A stretch of DNA of 54,783 bases from Candidatus Nanohalarchaeota archaeon QJJ-7 (GTDB lineage Archaea; Nanohalarchaeota; Nanosalinia; Nanosalinales; Nanohalalkaliarchaeaceae), in the NCBI GenBank assembly GCA_022865215.1, contig JALIDP010000002.1, positions 1-54,783 on the forward strand, given 5' to 3'. The translations under genes were made by a program, and so were the position numbers. Shown here piece by piece: positions 29,679-37,996 of the stretch. Position 1 is the stretch's first letter. Each line of letters opens with the position of its first letter. The notes below the pieces were generated by a model. The model was given only the letters and a program-made list of their open reading frames with translations, was not told the DNA's origin and did no database searches.

Positions 29679-30141
29679 TGATCTAGACCGGTTCTCCGAC
29701 CGTTTAGTCCGGTTAGAGAGCCGGATGGACCGGATAGAGTCCATGGCGACGGGAGGAGAAGGAGGAGAGAACAACGTAGAAGACCTCAGGATGGCTCTCA
29801 ACGGTCTCAGGAGGGAATACCGGGAACTGAAAGAGGAGTTTGAGGACAAGGTCCTGGACTATATCAGGGAGGAGAAGGCAGTCCTTTCAGAGGTGGACCG
29901 GAAGATCGATAGCCTGAGAGATCTCGATGAAGAGGTAGAAACAAACAGCAAAAAGATAGAATCTAACAGTGAAGAGCTGGAAAAACTACAGGCCGATATG
30001 GGAGACAAAGTGGATGAGGAAAAGTTGAGTGAAAAACTGGGGGAAGTAGAAGAGGAGAGTAGCAGCGAAGACAAGGAGATCGAAGAGAGGGTCAAGAAGC
30101 TGGAGACCCGGATGGACCTCATGGCGGAACGCATGGAATAA
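29653..30141 (+). CDS. Acidic coiled-coil hypothetical protein
   Basis: Heptad-rich helical sequence; LESRMD and LETRMD recur near both ends; start uncertain. Confidence 0.65.
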   Translation: MNSKSTSDDDLDRFSDRLVRLESRMDRIESMATGGEGGENNVEDLRMALNGLRREYRELKEEFEDKVLDYIREEKAVLSEVDRKIDSLRDLDEEVETNSKKIESNSEELEKLQADMGDKVDEEKLSEKLGEVEEESSSEDKEIEERVKKLETRMDLMAERME

Positions 30142-30172
30142 AGTTATTAATCGTCATCTCGTTCTTTACTAT

Positions 30173-30370
30173 ATGGCAGAACTCCCCCTGGCACCGGTTA
30201 AAAGGGTCATCAAAAACGCAGGCGCGGACCGTGTGTCCGACGATGCGGTTGAGGCGATGCGGGACCTCCTTGAAGACCGGGCAGAAGATCTGGCGAAGGA
30301 GGCGAAACAGTACGCCAACCACGCCGATAGGAAGACTGTAAAGAAGGAGGATGTCCGGGCCGCTAAATGA
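30173..30370 (+). CDS. Archaeal histone (HMf-type, canonical)
   Basis: ELPLAPVKRVIK..GADRVS...HADRKTVKKED; DNA-binding Arg residues and the tetramer His retained. Confidence 0.96.
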   Translation: MAELPLAPVKRVIKNAGADRVSDDAVEAMRDLLEDRAEDLAKEAKQYANHADRKTVKKEDVRAAK

Positions 30371-30463
30371 TTTTTAACACCTCTGATTTTTTCTTCACAT
30401 TCGTGAGTGGCGTCTAGGCCCACCTTTATATACTGGTCTCACCAACGTGGTTGTATGTCTGAA

Positions 30464-30628
30464 GGCCCTGCCCAGATGCGGTTCCAGCAGGATCTGGATA
30501 GGGTCAAGACTATCTTTTCTTATAACGAATAGCGGGGGATGATGCCCTTTAGGTGGACCCCGCAGCGAAGTCCTCTAATCAAGTGGGAGCTAGCGGAATA
30601 GGGGCAGGAATTAAAGCGCCTGTCCCTG
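30464..30628 (+). ncRNA. Candidate structured RNA or leader containing a kink-turn
   Basis: TTTATATA box at 30425-30432; hairpins at 30464-30505, 30532-30563 (K-turn) and 30599-30628. Confidence 0.5.
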
Positions 30629-30664
30629 CGGAAACCCTGAGAAAAAAGCAAAGAGGTGAGACAA

Positions 30665-30781
30665 ATGTGTTCGAACTGTCGTGTGGTGGAAACCGAGATG
30701 GCTTCGGAAGCCAGAGAAGATACGGGTCTCCATGTGATACGGGTACATCCCGAGACAGAGGTAAGGGAGATAACAGTATAA
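30665..30781 (+). CDS. Candidate 38-aa CxxC microprotein
   Basis: MCSNCRVVETEMASEAREDTGLHVIRVHPETEVREITV, preceded by SD GAGGTGA (30653-30659). Confidence 0.45.
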   Translation: MCSNCRVVETEMASEAREDTGLHVIRVHPETEVREITV

Positions 30782-30796
30782 ACCGTTAGAAGAGGT

Positions 30797-31186
30797 TCAG
30801 GAGCTCTCCTCTACGGGCGACTCTCCCGATTCGAGCGAGTCGACAAGGTTTTTCCAGGAGACCGAGAAATTCCTCATTGCGTTCCCGAACTTGTTCGATA
30901 GCTGGATCGAGCCCTCGAACTTCTTCCACTGTACTATCCCCATCGGTACAAGGTGTTCTCTCAAAACCTTGTAGACAGTGTGGCGGTTGTGGCCTTTCTC
31001 CTGCAACCGGTTAACCGCTCTAGAGACTTCCAGTTCATGTCTTCCTTCAACCTTCTCCGACTCCTCCTGAAACATCACCAGGATATCGCGAGTTATCTCC
31101 CTGTAGGCCTCCTGAGTGGGAAAAATAAGTTCCAACATCTTTTCCGGATTCATCCGCGTGGAACAGTCATCGTAGTCTAGTTTCAT
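30797..31186 (-). CDS. Hypothetical protein, possible winged-helix fold
   Basis: ATGA overlap with upstream gene; helix-helix-NRHTVYKVL-GIV-beta-hairpin pattern. Confidence 0.6.
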   Translation of the reverse strand: MKLDYDDCSTRMNPEKMLELIFPTQEAYREITRDILVMFQEESEKVEGRHELEVSRAVNRLQEKGHNRHTVYKVLREHLVPMGIVQWKKFEGSIQLSNKFGNAMRNFSVSWKNLVDSLESGESPVEESS

Positions 31187-31440
31187 CCTTCTACCACGTT
31201 TCCCCATCTGCTTCTTGAACGGCTGGGATGATATGCCAGTGAAAACCCCTCATCGTCACTGAACTCCCATACATAAGGTCTTCCATTTATCTCCTTCTTA
31301 ACATTTTCACGCAATTCCTGTTCGTAACCTTTCCGCGTATTATTCGAGTAATGGGCATAAATCCAGTCTTCTTCCGAATCTATAGCAGCCATGACCTCTT
31401 CAATATCCTTCTCAAGGTCGCCTTCAAGCTCTACATCCAT
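31183..31440 (-). CDS. Hypothetical protein
   Basis: 85 aa, acidic N-terminus, translationally coupled to the next ORF. Confidence 0.55.
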   Translation of the reverse strand: MDVELEGDLEKDIEEVMAAIDSEEDWIYAHYSNNTRKGYEQELRENVKKEINGRPYVWEFSDDEGFSLAYHPSRSRSRWGNVVEG

Positions 31441-31492
31441 TACAGTTCCGGATTAGAACCAAGAAAGTTAAATGTAACTTTCCTGTCAACAG

Positions 31493-32077
31493 TCACCAGT
31501 AGTCCGGCTCGTTCCCTTCCTTCCACTTTATGGAACAGCCCCTGGAAGGCATGAAATCCATTTCTATAGGCTCTCCCGCGAGGACCGACTCGATAGCTTC
31601 ACGCATGTGATGTTCTTTAGGCTCCTCCCCGGGGTCCAGGGCATCGTCCAGTCTTCCGTGGTAGACCAGTCTGAAACCGTCTTTTTCCTGCTTGAAGAGG
31701 AACGGATCCGGCGTGCAGACCGCTCCATACTCCTTCGCAACCTCCTGATCTTCGTCTCTCAGGTAGGCATCGTACCGGATTTCCCCGGCCTCGACCAGTT
31801 TTTTCATCTTCTCGAACGAGTCATCAGCGTACTCATCTGCGTCGTTGGGGTTAATCCCAATGACCGCCACATCCTCGTAATCTTCTGCTATAGAGTTCAG
31901 GACGGGCATCTTCGCCTTCGCGTAGGGGCAGTGGTTGCATGTGAACACGATAAGAACAGCCTCGTTATCCGAAAAATCTTCCAGCGAATGAGTACCACCA
32001 TCCACACCGTGAAGCGAGAACTCCGGTGCTTCGTCTCCTTCACCCAGCCTATCGCGGATAGATTCTTCCACTGACAT
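31493..32077 (-). CDS. Thioredoxin-fold/peroxiredoxin-like protein
   Basis: FTCNHCPY, GAVCTPD, YHGRLDD, GCSIKW. Confidence 0.93.
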   Translation of the reverse strand: MSVEESIRDRLGEGDEAPEFSLHGVDGGTHSLEDFSDNEAVLIVFTCNHCPYAKAKMPVLNSIAEDYEDVAVIGINPNDADEYADDSFEKMKKLVEAGEIRYDAYLRDEDQEVAKEYGAVCTPDPFLFKQEKDGFRLVYHGRLDDALDPGEEPKEHHMREAIESVLAGEPIEMDFMPSRGCSIKWKEGNEPDYW

Positions 32078-32153
32078 GTCCTGGTCCTGCGACTACAGCC
32101 CTAAATAGATAACGACGTATAATAGTGCTATTTCGAAGTAATAAAAAGTTTAG

Positions 32154-32867
32154 GTGTGTGGCGAAGGTGTGGCTCAAGAGATAGGATCAAGCAAGACACC
32201 CGGATGGGTCCAGGACCTCCGTGGAGAAGGTTTCGAAGGGTGGAGGAACACCGCGGGCAGCTCTCCTGATAGACTCTACCGTATGGGGCACGCTGACGTG
32301 GTAGACGAATACTTTTCCGGAGAAGACGTTATCGTTGATGTTGGATGTTCCAACGGCAGCACCTCTACCAACCTCTCGAACACTACCGAAGCAGAAATCA
32401 TGGGGGTCGATCTTCCACAGGTCCTGAGTAGATCGGAACTTTCAGAAAACCAGTACGGAGAGGGCTCTCAACCACAATACGTGGGCGGCCTGTCCCCGCA
32501 CCTGCCTCTCCAAGATAGTTCGGTAGACGGCGTGGCAGCCCTGAACTCTCTTACTTACCTGGCTCGCCAGATGGAGGACCCAGAAGAGTTCAGTAAGTCC
32601 GTACTGGAAGACTTTGCACGGATAACTAACCCGGGAGGCTATGTCCTGCTGGGGGAACAGACAGAAAGCAGCTATCTCGTTCTGCAGGAAGATTCTGAAT
32701 CAGGAAGGAGCTGGCAGATATCCGATTTCGATGCCGAAGTCAGAGACACAGATCGAGAACTGGCAAGGGATGGAGAGAGATCACTCCACATTCGCTACGA
32801 ACCCTGGGTATCCTCCCCAGAAGTGGAGTGGAGCGATCACAGGCCCCAAGAAACATATAAAATATAA
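32154..32867 (+). CDS. Class I SAM-dependent methyltransferase
   Basis: VDVGCSNG motif I, MGVD, LPLQDSSVD, RITNPGG; start may be GTG at 32169. Confidence 0.8.
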   Translation: MCGEGVAQEIGSSKTPGWVQDLRGEGFEGWRNTAGSSPDRLYRMGHADVVDEYFSGEDVIVDVGCSNGSTSTNLSNTTEAEIMGVDLPQVLSRSELSENQYGEGSQPQYVGGLSPHLPLQDSSVDGVAALNSLTYLARQMEDPEEFSKSVLEDFARITNPGGYVLLGEQTESSYLVLQEDSESGRSWQISDFDAEVRDTDRELARDGERSLHIRYEPWVSSPEVEWSDHRPQETYKI

Positions 32868-32911
32868 CATGTTTTGTAGAACAATTTTCATGCGGCGCCC
32901 CCAGGTTTGAG

Positions 32912-33392
32912 GAGTGTTCTTATAAGACGAACATACAAGATTATCAAGTAGTGATAAAAAAGATTTTATCTAGAACAAGGTTTGAAATATATATTCTAAC
33001 GCACACAATACCTTTCATGATGAGTGTTCTTATAGAACGAACACTCACTCTACCCTCCTTTATAAAGTGGCCAAGTTAGTAAACAGTTACCGTCACAGTC
33101 AACAAAATCGCGGCTCGATCCAGTGACTCGCTCGGTCTGTTGACCGGATCGTTCACATTTTTATACAGGGGGGAAGTGGGGTTGATGAAGGGCCAGAGAC
33201 ATATAGAAAAACGACGTCTTTCCACTCAAACACCCAGTCTGCCCCGGTTCTTGACAAAAACCGGTTAACTTGGCAAGATCCTGGCGAAGAACCCGGGGTA
33301 TCTGTTCGAAAGACAGTGAAAGAAACGCACCCTTCGGAGGTTGCACTGGGTGCGGTAAAGGGCCGACGAGTGTTCGTTCACAACACACACTC
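32912..33392. repeat. Three 25-bp quasi-palindromes, GAGTGTTC-N9-GAACACTC
   Basis: GAGTGTTCTTATAAGACGAACATAC (32912-32936), GAGTGTTCTTATAGAACGAACACTC (33022-33046), GAGTGTTCGTTCACAACACACACTC (33368-33392, inverted relative to the others). Confidence 0.8.
33231..33352 (+). ncRNA. Candidate four-way-junction structured RNA
   Basis: P1 CACCCAGT/ACTGGGTG; P2 33240-33252/33287-33300; P3 with cGAAAg loop; P4 with cUUCGg loop. Confidence 0.6.
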
Positions 33393-33469
33393 ATATATCC
33401 AAACCTTGTTGGAAAATACACCTTTCATAAACAATGTTACAAAAACATTACTTAAGAAAACATGTTCTC

Positions 33470-33739
33470 TCACTCATCAATCTTTCTCATGAACTCGTCC
33501 ATCGCATCGGCGAGCTCCTGGCCGTGGTCGGTGAGATCTATCAGTTTCTTCCTGCCCTCCTCGGAGAACTCTATCAACCCCTTCTCCTCGAACTTGTCCA
33601 GGATCTTGACAGTATGAGAATAGGTGCAATCCGCCTCTTTTGACAGGACAGAGGCATATTTCCGCTCCTCACCCCGGTTGAGCCCTACCAGTATCCGGGC
33701 CGGCTTGCTCTGCAAGAACATTTCTTCTAAGTCACTCAT
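33470..33739 (-). CDS. MarR-like winged-helix DNA-binding protein
   Basis: YASVLSKEADCTYSHTVKIL..FEEKGLI...GRKK..LTDHG; ATG at 33739. Confidence 0.85.
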   Translation of the reverse strand: MSDLEEMFLQSKPARILVGLNRGEERKYASVLSKEADCTYSHTVKILDKFEEKGLIEFSEEGRKKLIDLTDHGQELADAMDEFMRKIDE

Positions 33740-33834
33740 GCTGCCTTCCCCACGCCATTTAGTTCGATAGCTCCCATTAAATAACTTGTGTGATAGCGGT
33801 GACATATTTATAGCTAAACAGGGCGGTAGCACAC

Positions 33835-34032
33835 ATGGAGATAACAACCGGGGAGATGAAGGAACTTCTGAAGGAGAAAGGCGCATCGGATGTAGAGGAA
33901 GAGGCGGCTGAAGAACTTGCAGAGGTTCTGGAGAACTACATCGGTTACATCACCGAGGAGGCGATAGGGCAGGCAAGGGAGAAGGAGAAAGATGTTATAG
34001 GGAAGGAAGATATACTCGAAGCGGAAAAATGA
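33835..34032 (+). CDS. Divergent acidic histone-fold protein
   Basis: Colinear with HMfB (GA-x-x-V-x-x-x-A, EA-I, I-x-x-EDI), but DNA-contact residues are replaced. Confidence 0.8.
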   Translation: MEITTGEMKELLKEKGASDVEEEAAEELAEVLENYIGYITEEAIGQAREKEKDVIGKEDILEAEK

Positions 34033-34069
34033 CACAAGGGTAAAAAGCTTTCCGGCCTATATTTCACCG

Positions 34070-35056
34070 ATGGTCGACGAACTTGTCGAGAAGATTTCTG
34101 AAGAGACTGGAGAACCAGAGGAAGAGATAAAGGAACGCATAGGATCTAAAGTAGAGGAACTTTCCGGACTCGTATCTGAAGAAGGTGCTGCACACCTGGT
34201 GGCAAGGGAGGAAGGTATAGAACTCGCGGAAGCAGGAGACAAGGAACTGACGGTGGAAAATATCGTTCCAGGTATGAACCGGGTCGATCTCAAGTGCAAG
34301 GTAGTGGATATATCTGATATCAATACTTTCGAGCGCGATGAGGGCGAAGAAGGACAGGTAAGGAACGTGGTCCTTGGGGATAGAACAGGGACGGTCCGCC
34401 TCACTCTCTGGAACGACCAGACCGAGGTAGGTGACAAGATAGAGGAGGGAGACAGCATCCACATAAAGAACGCCTACTCCCGGGAGGACAACCGGGGTAA
34501 TGTCGAACTCAGAGTGGGTGACGAGACCAAGATAGGTATGATGGAGGAGGAGATCGATGAAGTCGCAGATACCGGGAATAGTAGCGGGGGAGGTCACCGG
34601 AAGGCGAGGACCAACCAGGTTATGAACGAGAACGTGAACTACGAGGTGGAAGGGACTCTCGTGGAAATTTACGCAGATGAACCTTTCTACAAGGCCTGTC
34701 CAGAATGCCAGAAGAAGGTGGAGAAAGAGGACGGTTCCTGGAGATGCGAGGAGCACGGCGAGGTCGAAGCTTCAGACAACATGATAATCTCGGCCATAAT
34801 AGACGACGGTTACGGCAACCTGAGGACTGTTTTCTTCCGTGAACAGGCCCAGGAGCTTCTGGGACTGGATGAGGACCCTGAAGGCAACCTGGAGACAGTG
34901 CAGTCAGGCGCTGAAGATGTCAAAGGAGAGGAGATTGTAGTAAAAGGTCGCTCGAGATACAACGACTTCTTCAACCGGACAGAACTTATAGGCAATGAGA
35001 TCGAATACAAGAGTGATGACGAGATGCTGGAAGAAAAACTCGCGGTGGTGAGATAA
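34070..35056 (+). CDS. rpa: Replication protein A (OB folds plus Zn finger)
   Basis: GLVSEEGAAHLVARE N-domain, DRTGTVRLTLW OB fold, CPEC...CEEH, DDGYG. Confidence 0.92.
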   Translation: MVDELVEKISEETGEPEEEIKERIGSKVEELSGLVSEEGAAHLVAREEGIELAEAGDKELTVENIVPGMNRVDLKCKVVDISDINTFERDEGEEGQVRNVVLGDRTGTVRLTLWNDQTEVGDKIEEGDSIHIKNAYSREDNRGNVELRVGDETKIGMMEEEIDEVADTGNSSGGGHRKARTNQVMNENVNYEVEGTLVEIYADEPFYKACPECQKKVEKEDGSWRCEEHGEVEASDNMIISAIIDDGYGNLRTVFFREQAQELLGLDEDPEGNLETVQSGAEDVKGEEIVVKGRSRYNDFFNRTELIGNEIEYKSDDEMLEEKLAVVR

Positions 35057-35057
35057 T

Positions 35058-35984
35058 ATGACAGACGACCTTACAGAACTACCTGGCGTGGGAGATAAGA
35101 CTGCAGAAAAGCTAGAGGACGCAGGATACGGTAGCCTGGAGTCTATAGGGGCTTCGAGCGCTGCAGAGTTACAGGAGGCAGCGGATATAGGAGAGAAGAC
35201 TGCTCAATCGGCTATAAGTGCTGCACACGAGCAGCTTGACCATGGATACTCTACAGGCAAAGAAAAGCTAGAGGAGAGGGATGCGGTTAACCGTATAGCT
35301 ACAGGAAGTGAAGAGTTCGACGAACTGATGGGCGGTGGGGTAGAGTCCCACAGCATAACTGAAGTATACGGCGAATACGGCAGCGGGAAGACACAGGTGG
35401 CATTACAGCTTACAGTGAACGTCCAGAAGGGTGAGGAGGGTAAGAAAGCAGTGTTCATCGATACTGAGGACACCTTCATGCCTGAAAGAGTGAAACAGAT
35501 GGCTGAGGCGGAAGATATGGACGCTGAGGAGGTCCTGGACAACATATTCGTGGCTCGGGCCTTCAACTCAGACCACCAGATACTTCTAGGAGACAAGGCC
35601 CAGGAGATCTGCGAGGAGAACGATATCGGCCTCATAGTTGTAGACTCCCTCACAGGAGAGTTCCGGTCCGATTACGTGGGTAGAGGCCAGCTTGCGGAGA
35701 GACAGCAGAAGCTGAACAAACACATGAAGAACCTAAAGAAGTTAGCTTCGACCTATAACGCGGCCGTCATGGTCACCAACCAGGTCATGTCTAACCCGGA
35801 CCAGATGTTCGGCGACCCGACAAAGGCTATAGGAGGCCATATAGCCGGCCACAATTCAACTTTCCGGATATATCTCAGGAAAAGCAAGAAAGATAAGAGG
35901 GTCGCGAGACTCGTCGATTCCCCTTACCTCCCTGAAGGAGAGGCAGCGTTCAAGATTACCGAAGAGGGGATCAGGGACGCTTAA
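35058..35984 (+). CDS. radA: Recombinase RadA
   Basis: N-terminal HhH (LPGVG), GEYGSGKTQ, RGQLAERQQKL, TNQV, DSPYLPEGE. Confidence 0.97.
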   Translation: MTDDLTELPGVGDKTAEKLEDAGYGSLESIGASSAAELQEAADIGEKTAQSAISAAHEQLDHGYSTGKEKLEERDAVNRIATGSEEFDELMGGGVESHSITEVYGEYGSGKTQVALQLTVNVQKGEEGKKAVFIDTEDTFMPERVKQMAEAEDMDAEEVLDNIFVARAFNSDHQILLGDKAQEICEENDIGLIVVDSLTGEFRSDYVGRGQLAERQQKLNKHMKNLKKLASTYNAAVMVTNQVMSNPDQMFGDPTKAIGGHIAGHNSTFRIYLRKSKKDKRVARLVDSPYLPEGEAAFKITEEGIRDA

Positions 35985-36241
35985 ACTATGTCGTCCTGAC
36001 TTACTATAACAAAGTCCCCTACTGACTTGACTGCGCTGAAGGGTACCATGTAACTTCCCGCGGAATTCTGCTCAACATTCATCTCATCGAGGTTCTGTGT
36101 CGCGTCGGTTATCAAGAGGTTCATCAGCTCTCCTGTCTCAGAGACAAAGCTGACATCGTTGACCTCACCAAAAGTCTTTCCCTTTTCTTCGCTTACTATA
36201 GTCTTACCGACGAGATTGTTACCCCGGATTTTTCCTGTCAT
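35981..36241 (-). CDS. PRC-barrel protein (CdpB-like)
   Basis: LVGKTIV...G...G.VND...TGEL...VPFSAVKSVGDFVIV; alternative start at 36253. Confidence 0.85.
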   Translation of the reverse strand: MTGKIRGNNLVGKTIVSEEKGKTFGEVNDVSFVSETGELMNLLITDATQNLDEMNVEQNSAGSYMVPFSAVKSVGDFVIVSQDDIV

Positions 36242-36283
36242 TTTAGACCACATTCACCCTTTCCGGTCCCACCATTATATAAG

Positions 36284-37375
36284 TTACTCCAGGGGCCTGT
36301 AGAGATAGTTCCTGCCCCGCCTCTCTCTTTCTACCACGCCTTGCTCGGCTAAACGTCTCAAGATGTTGTTGATGGATCGGATGGCGTGAGAACGTGACTT
36401 GTAATCCTCGAAACCCATCTCACCAACTATCTCGCCCGAAGTAGCCTCTTCAAGCTCTTTTACGGCATCATAAACCTCTCTCTGCTTCGGTGTTAGCTTC
36501 ATCTCTTCCTTTTCTTCCGTCTCTTCCTCAGCCTCTTCACTTTCATCGGCCCCATCAACTTCACCTTCATTGTTCGTTTCACCTGAACTCTCATCGATCA
36601 CTCTCTTCACATCATCTTCATCGATTATCGATTTATCTTCACTCGCCGCAGTTATGATACATTCGTTACATAAACGGAGAACTTCACGCGGGAAACCACC
36701 TGTCTCGTCATATATTTCCAGGAGCGCAGACTGCGTGAAAGGCTCCACAGAAGACCCTCCTACCTGTTCTATGCGCTTCCTCACAAGGTCTATAGTGTTA
36801 TCCTTGTCCAGAGATTCTAATCTCACTATGTCGGTAGCACGGCTATATAGCGTGTTAACTTCTTCATCCAGCCTCTCCTCGAACTCAGGGAGTCCTGCGG
36901 CCACGATCGAAAGACTGTCAATATGGTCCATGGCCGTCCTCAACCACTCTAGAACCTCGGTAGAAGCCTCATGGCCTTCATCAACTAGAATAACAAGATC
37001 CTCCGAGTAAGCGGAGTTCAGAGGTTCATGGATATTGTAAAGTGAATATGAATTGAAAAGTCGTGATATGAACCCGGGGTCCAGAACTTCATCTCTGATG
37101 TACTCAAGGAGTTCCGAATCCTTTACAGGTGGCTTGGACATGTAGAAAACAGGGTGAGAAGAGTACTCCCTCTGTATGCTTTTCAGCATGTTGGTTTTAC
37201 CCGCCCCAGTATCACCTGTAAGAAGCGTGAACTTGCTATCAGATTCTATGCTGTTCCTTAATCGCTCCTTCTCCTCCTCGTAACCTATCATCAGTCCCGG
37301 ATAGATCCTGAAGTTGAACGGGTTCCGTTCCCAGCCGAACCTCTGAATCCATTCATTTATCTGGGATTCCTTCAT
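36284..37375 (-). CDS. ExeA-like AAA+ ATPase with C-terminal winged helix
   Basis: FGWERNPF, GDTGAGKT, ILVDEGH, GGFPRE, C-terminal LTPKQ...LRRL..QGVVER.R.GR. Confidence 0.85.
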   Translation of the reverse strand: MKESQINEWIQRFGWERNPFNFRIYPGLMIGYEEEKERLRNSIESDSKFTLLTGDTGAGKTNMLKSIQREYSSHPVFYMSKPPVKDSELLEYIRDEVLDPGFISRLFNSYSLYNIHEPLNSAYSEDLVILVDEGHEASTEVLEWLRTAMDHIDSLSIVAAGLPEFEERLDEEVNTLYSRATDIVRLESLDKDNTIDLVRKRIEQVGGSSVEPFTQSALLEIYDETGGFPREVLRLCNECIITAASEDKSIIDEDDVKRVIDESSGETNNEGEVDGADESEEAEEETEEKEEMKLTPKQREVYDAVKELEEATSGEIVGEMGFEDYKSRSHAIRSINNILRRLAEQGVVERERRGRNYLYRPLE

Positions 37376-37447
37376 CGTTTCCTATCACTCTATGAGATGT
37401 AACAATGATGAACTTATTTAATAGTTCCGAACGCCTGATGAAATCCT

Positions 37448-37996
37448 ATGAGGTATTTCATTTCTATCGATGTAGAAGATGAAGGAGTGAAAAATTCGCT
37501 TATGAACTTCACAGGTAGGATAGATAATCTTGGCGATACGAAAGTCGTAGACCCGCAGAACCTTCATTTAACCCTTCTTTACCTCGGAGAGCGCCCCAAA
37601 AGCGAAGTTCCCGAAATCAAGGATTCTTTCGTCGACGCCATGGCGGATGTAGATGTAGGTGAATTCGAGTGCATGTTGTCAGATTTAGGTGTATTCCCTC
37701 ACATGAACTACATTAAAACAGTCTGGGCGGGCGCAGAAACTGACGGAAAGATTCGTGATATTCATATGAAGTTAAATGAACACATACATTCCGAAAATGA
37801 ACACGATTTCACCCCTCATGTCACACTGGCCCGAGTGAAAGGGATAGAACCTGGCGAAAAACAGAGGATGAGAGAGGAAATCGAGAGTTATCCGGCAGAT
37901 TTCGGTAGCTTTTCAGTGGAAAATGTGAGACTTAAGCAGAGCAAACTGACACCGGAGGGGCCTATATACAGGGATCTAGAGGTGGTGGAGTTGTGA
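37448..37996 (+). CDS. thpR: RNA 2',3'-cyclic phosphodiesterase / 2'-5' RNA ligase (2H family)
   Basis: MRYFISI, two HxT motifs (HLTL, HVTL), SKLTPEGPIY. Confidence 0.93.
   Translation: MRYFISIDVEDEGVKNSLMNFTGRIDNLGDTKVVDPQNLHLTLLYLGERPKSEVPEIKDSFVDAMADVDVGEFECMLSDLGVFPHMNYIKTVWAGAETDGKIRDIHMKLNEHIHSENEHDFTPHVTLARVKGIEPGEKQRMREEIESYPADFGSFSVENVRLKQSKLTPEGPIYRDLEVVEL

Noticed and set aside
29025..30141. Mre11/Rad50 pair
   Set aside because: The coiled-coil protein lacks Walker motifs and a Zn hook, and the phosphoesterase is short and Icc-like
30532..30715. RNase P RNA (AGCGAAGUCC, GGAAAC and GGCUU resemble conserved regions)
   Set aside because: Weak matches, no room for P5-P11 and no convincing P1/P2; a cmsearch would settle it
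32912..33392. 25-bp repeats as a CRISPR array
   Set aside because: Only three degenerate copies, gaps of 85 and 321 bp, mixed orientation, and no cas genes
33457..33470. LexA-like GAAC-N4-GTTC box near radA
   Set aside because: Imperfect match located downstream of a gene rather than in the rpa/radA promoter
36284..37375. Second Cdc6 or a TnsC/MuB transposition ATPase
   Set aside because: Lacks Cdc6 signature motifs; no transposase or element ends are nearby
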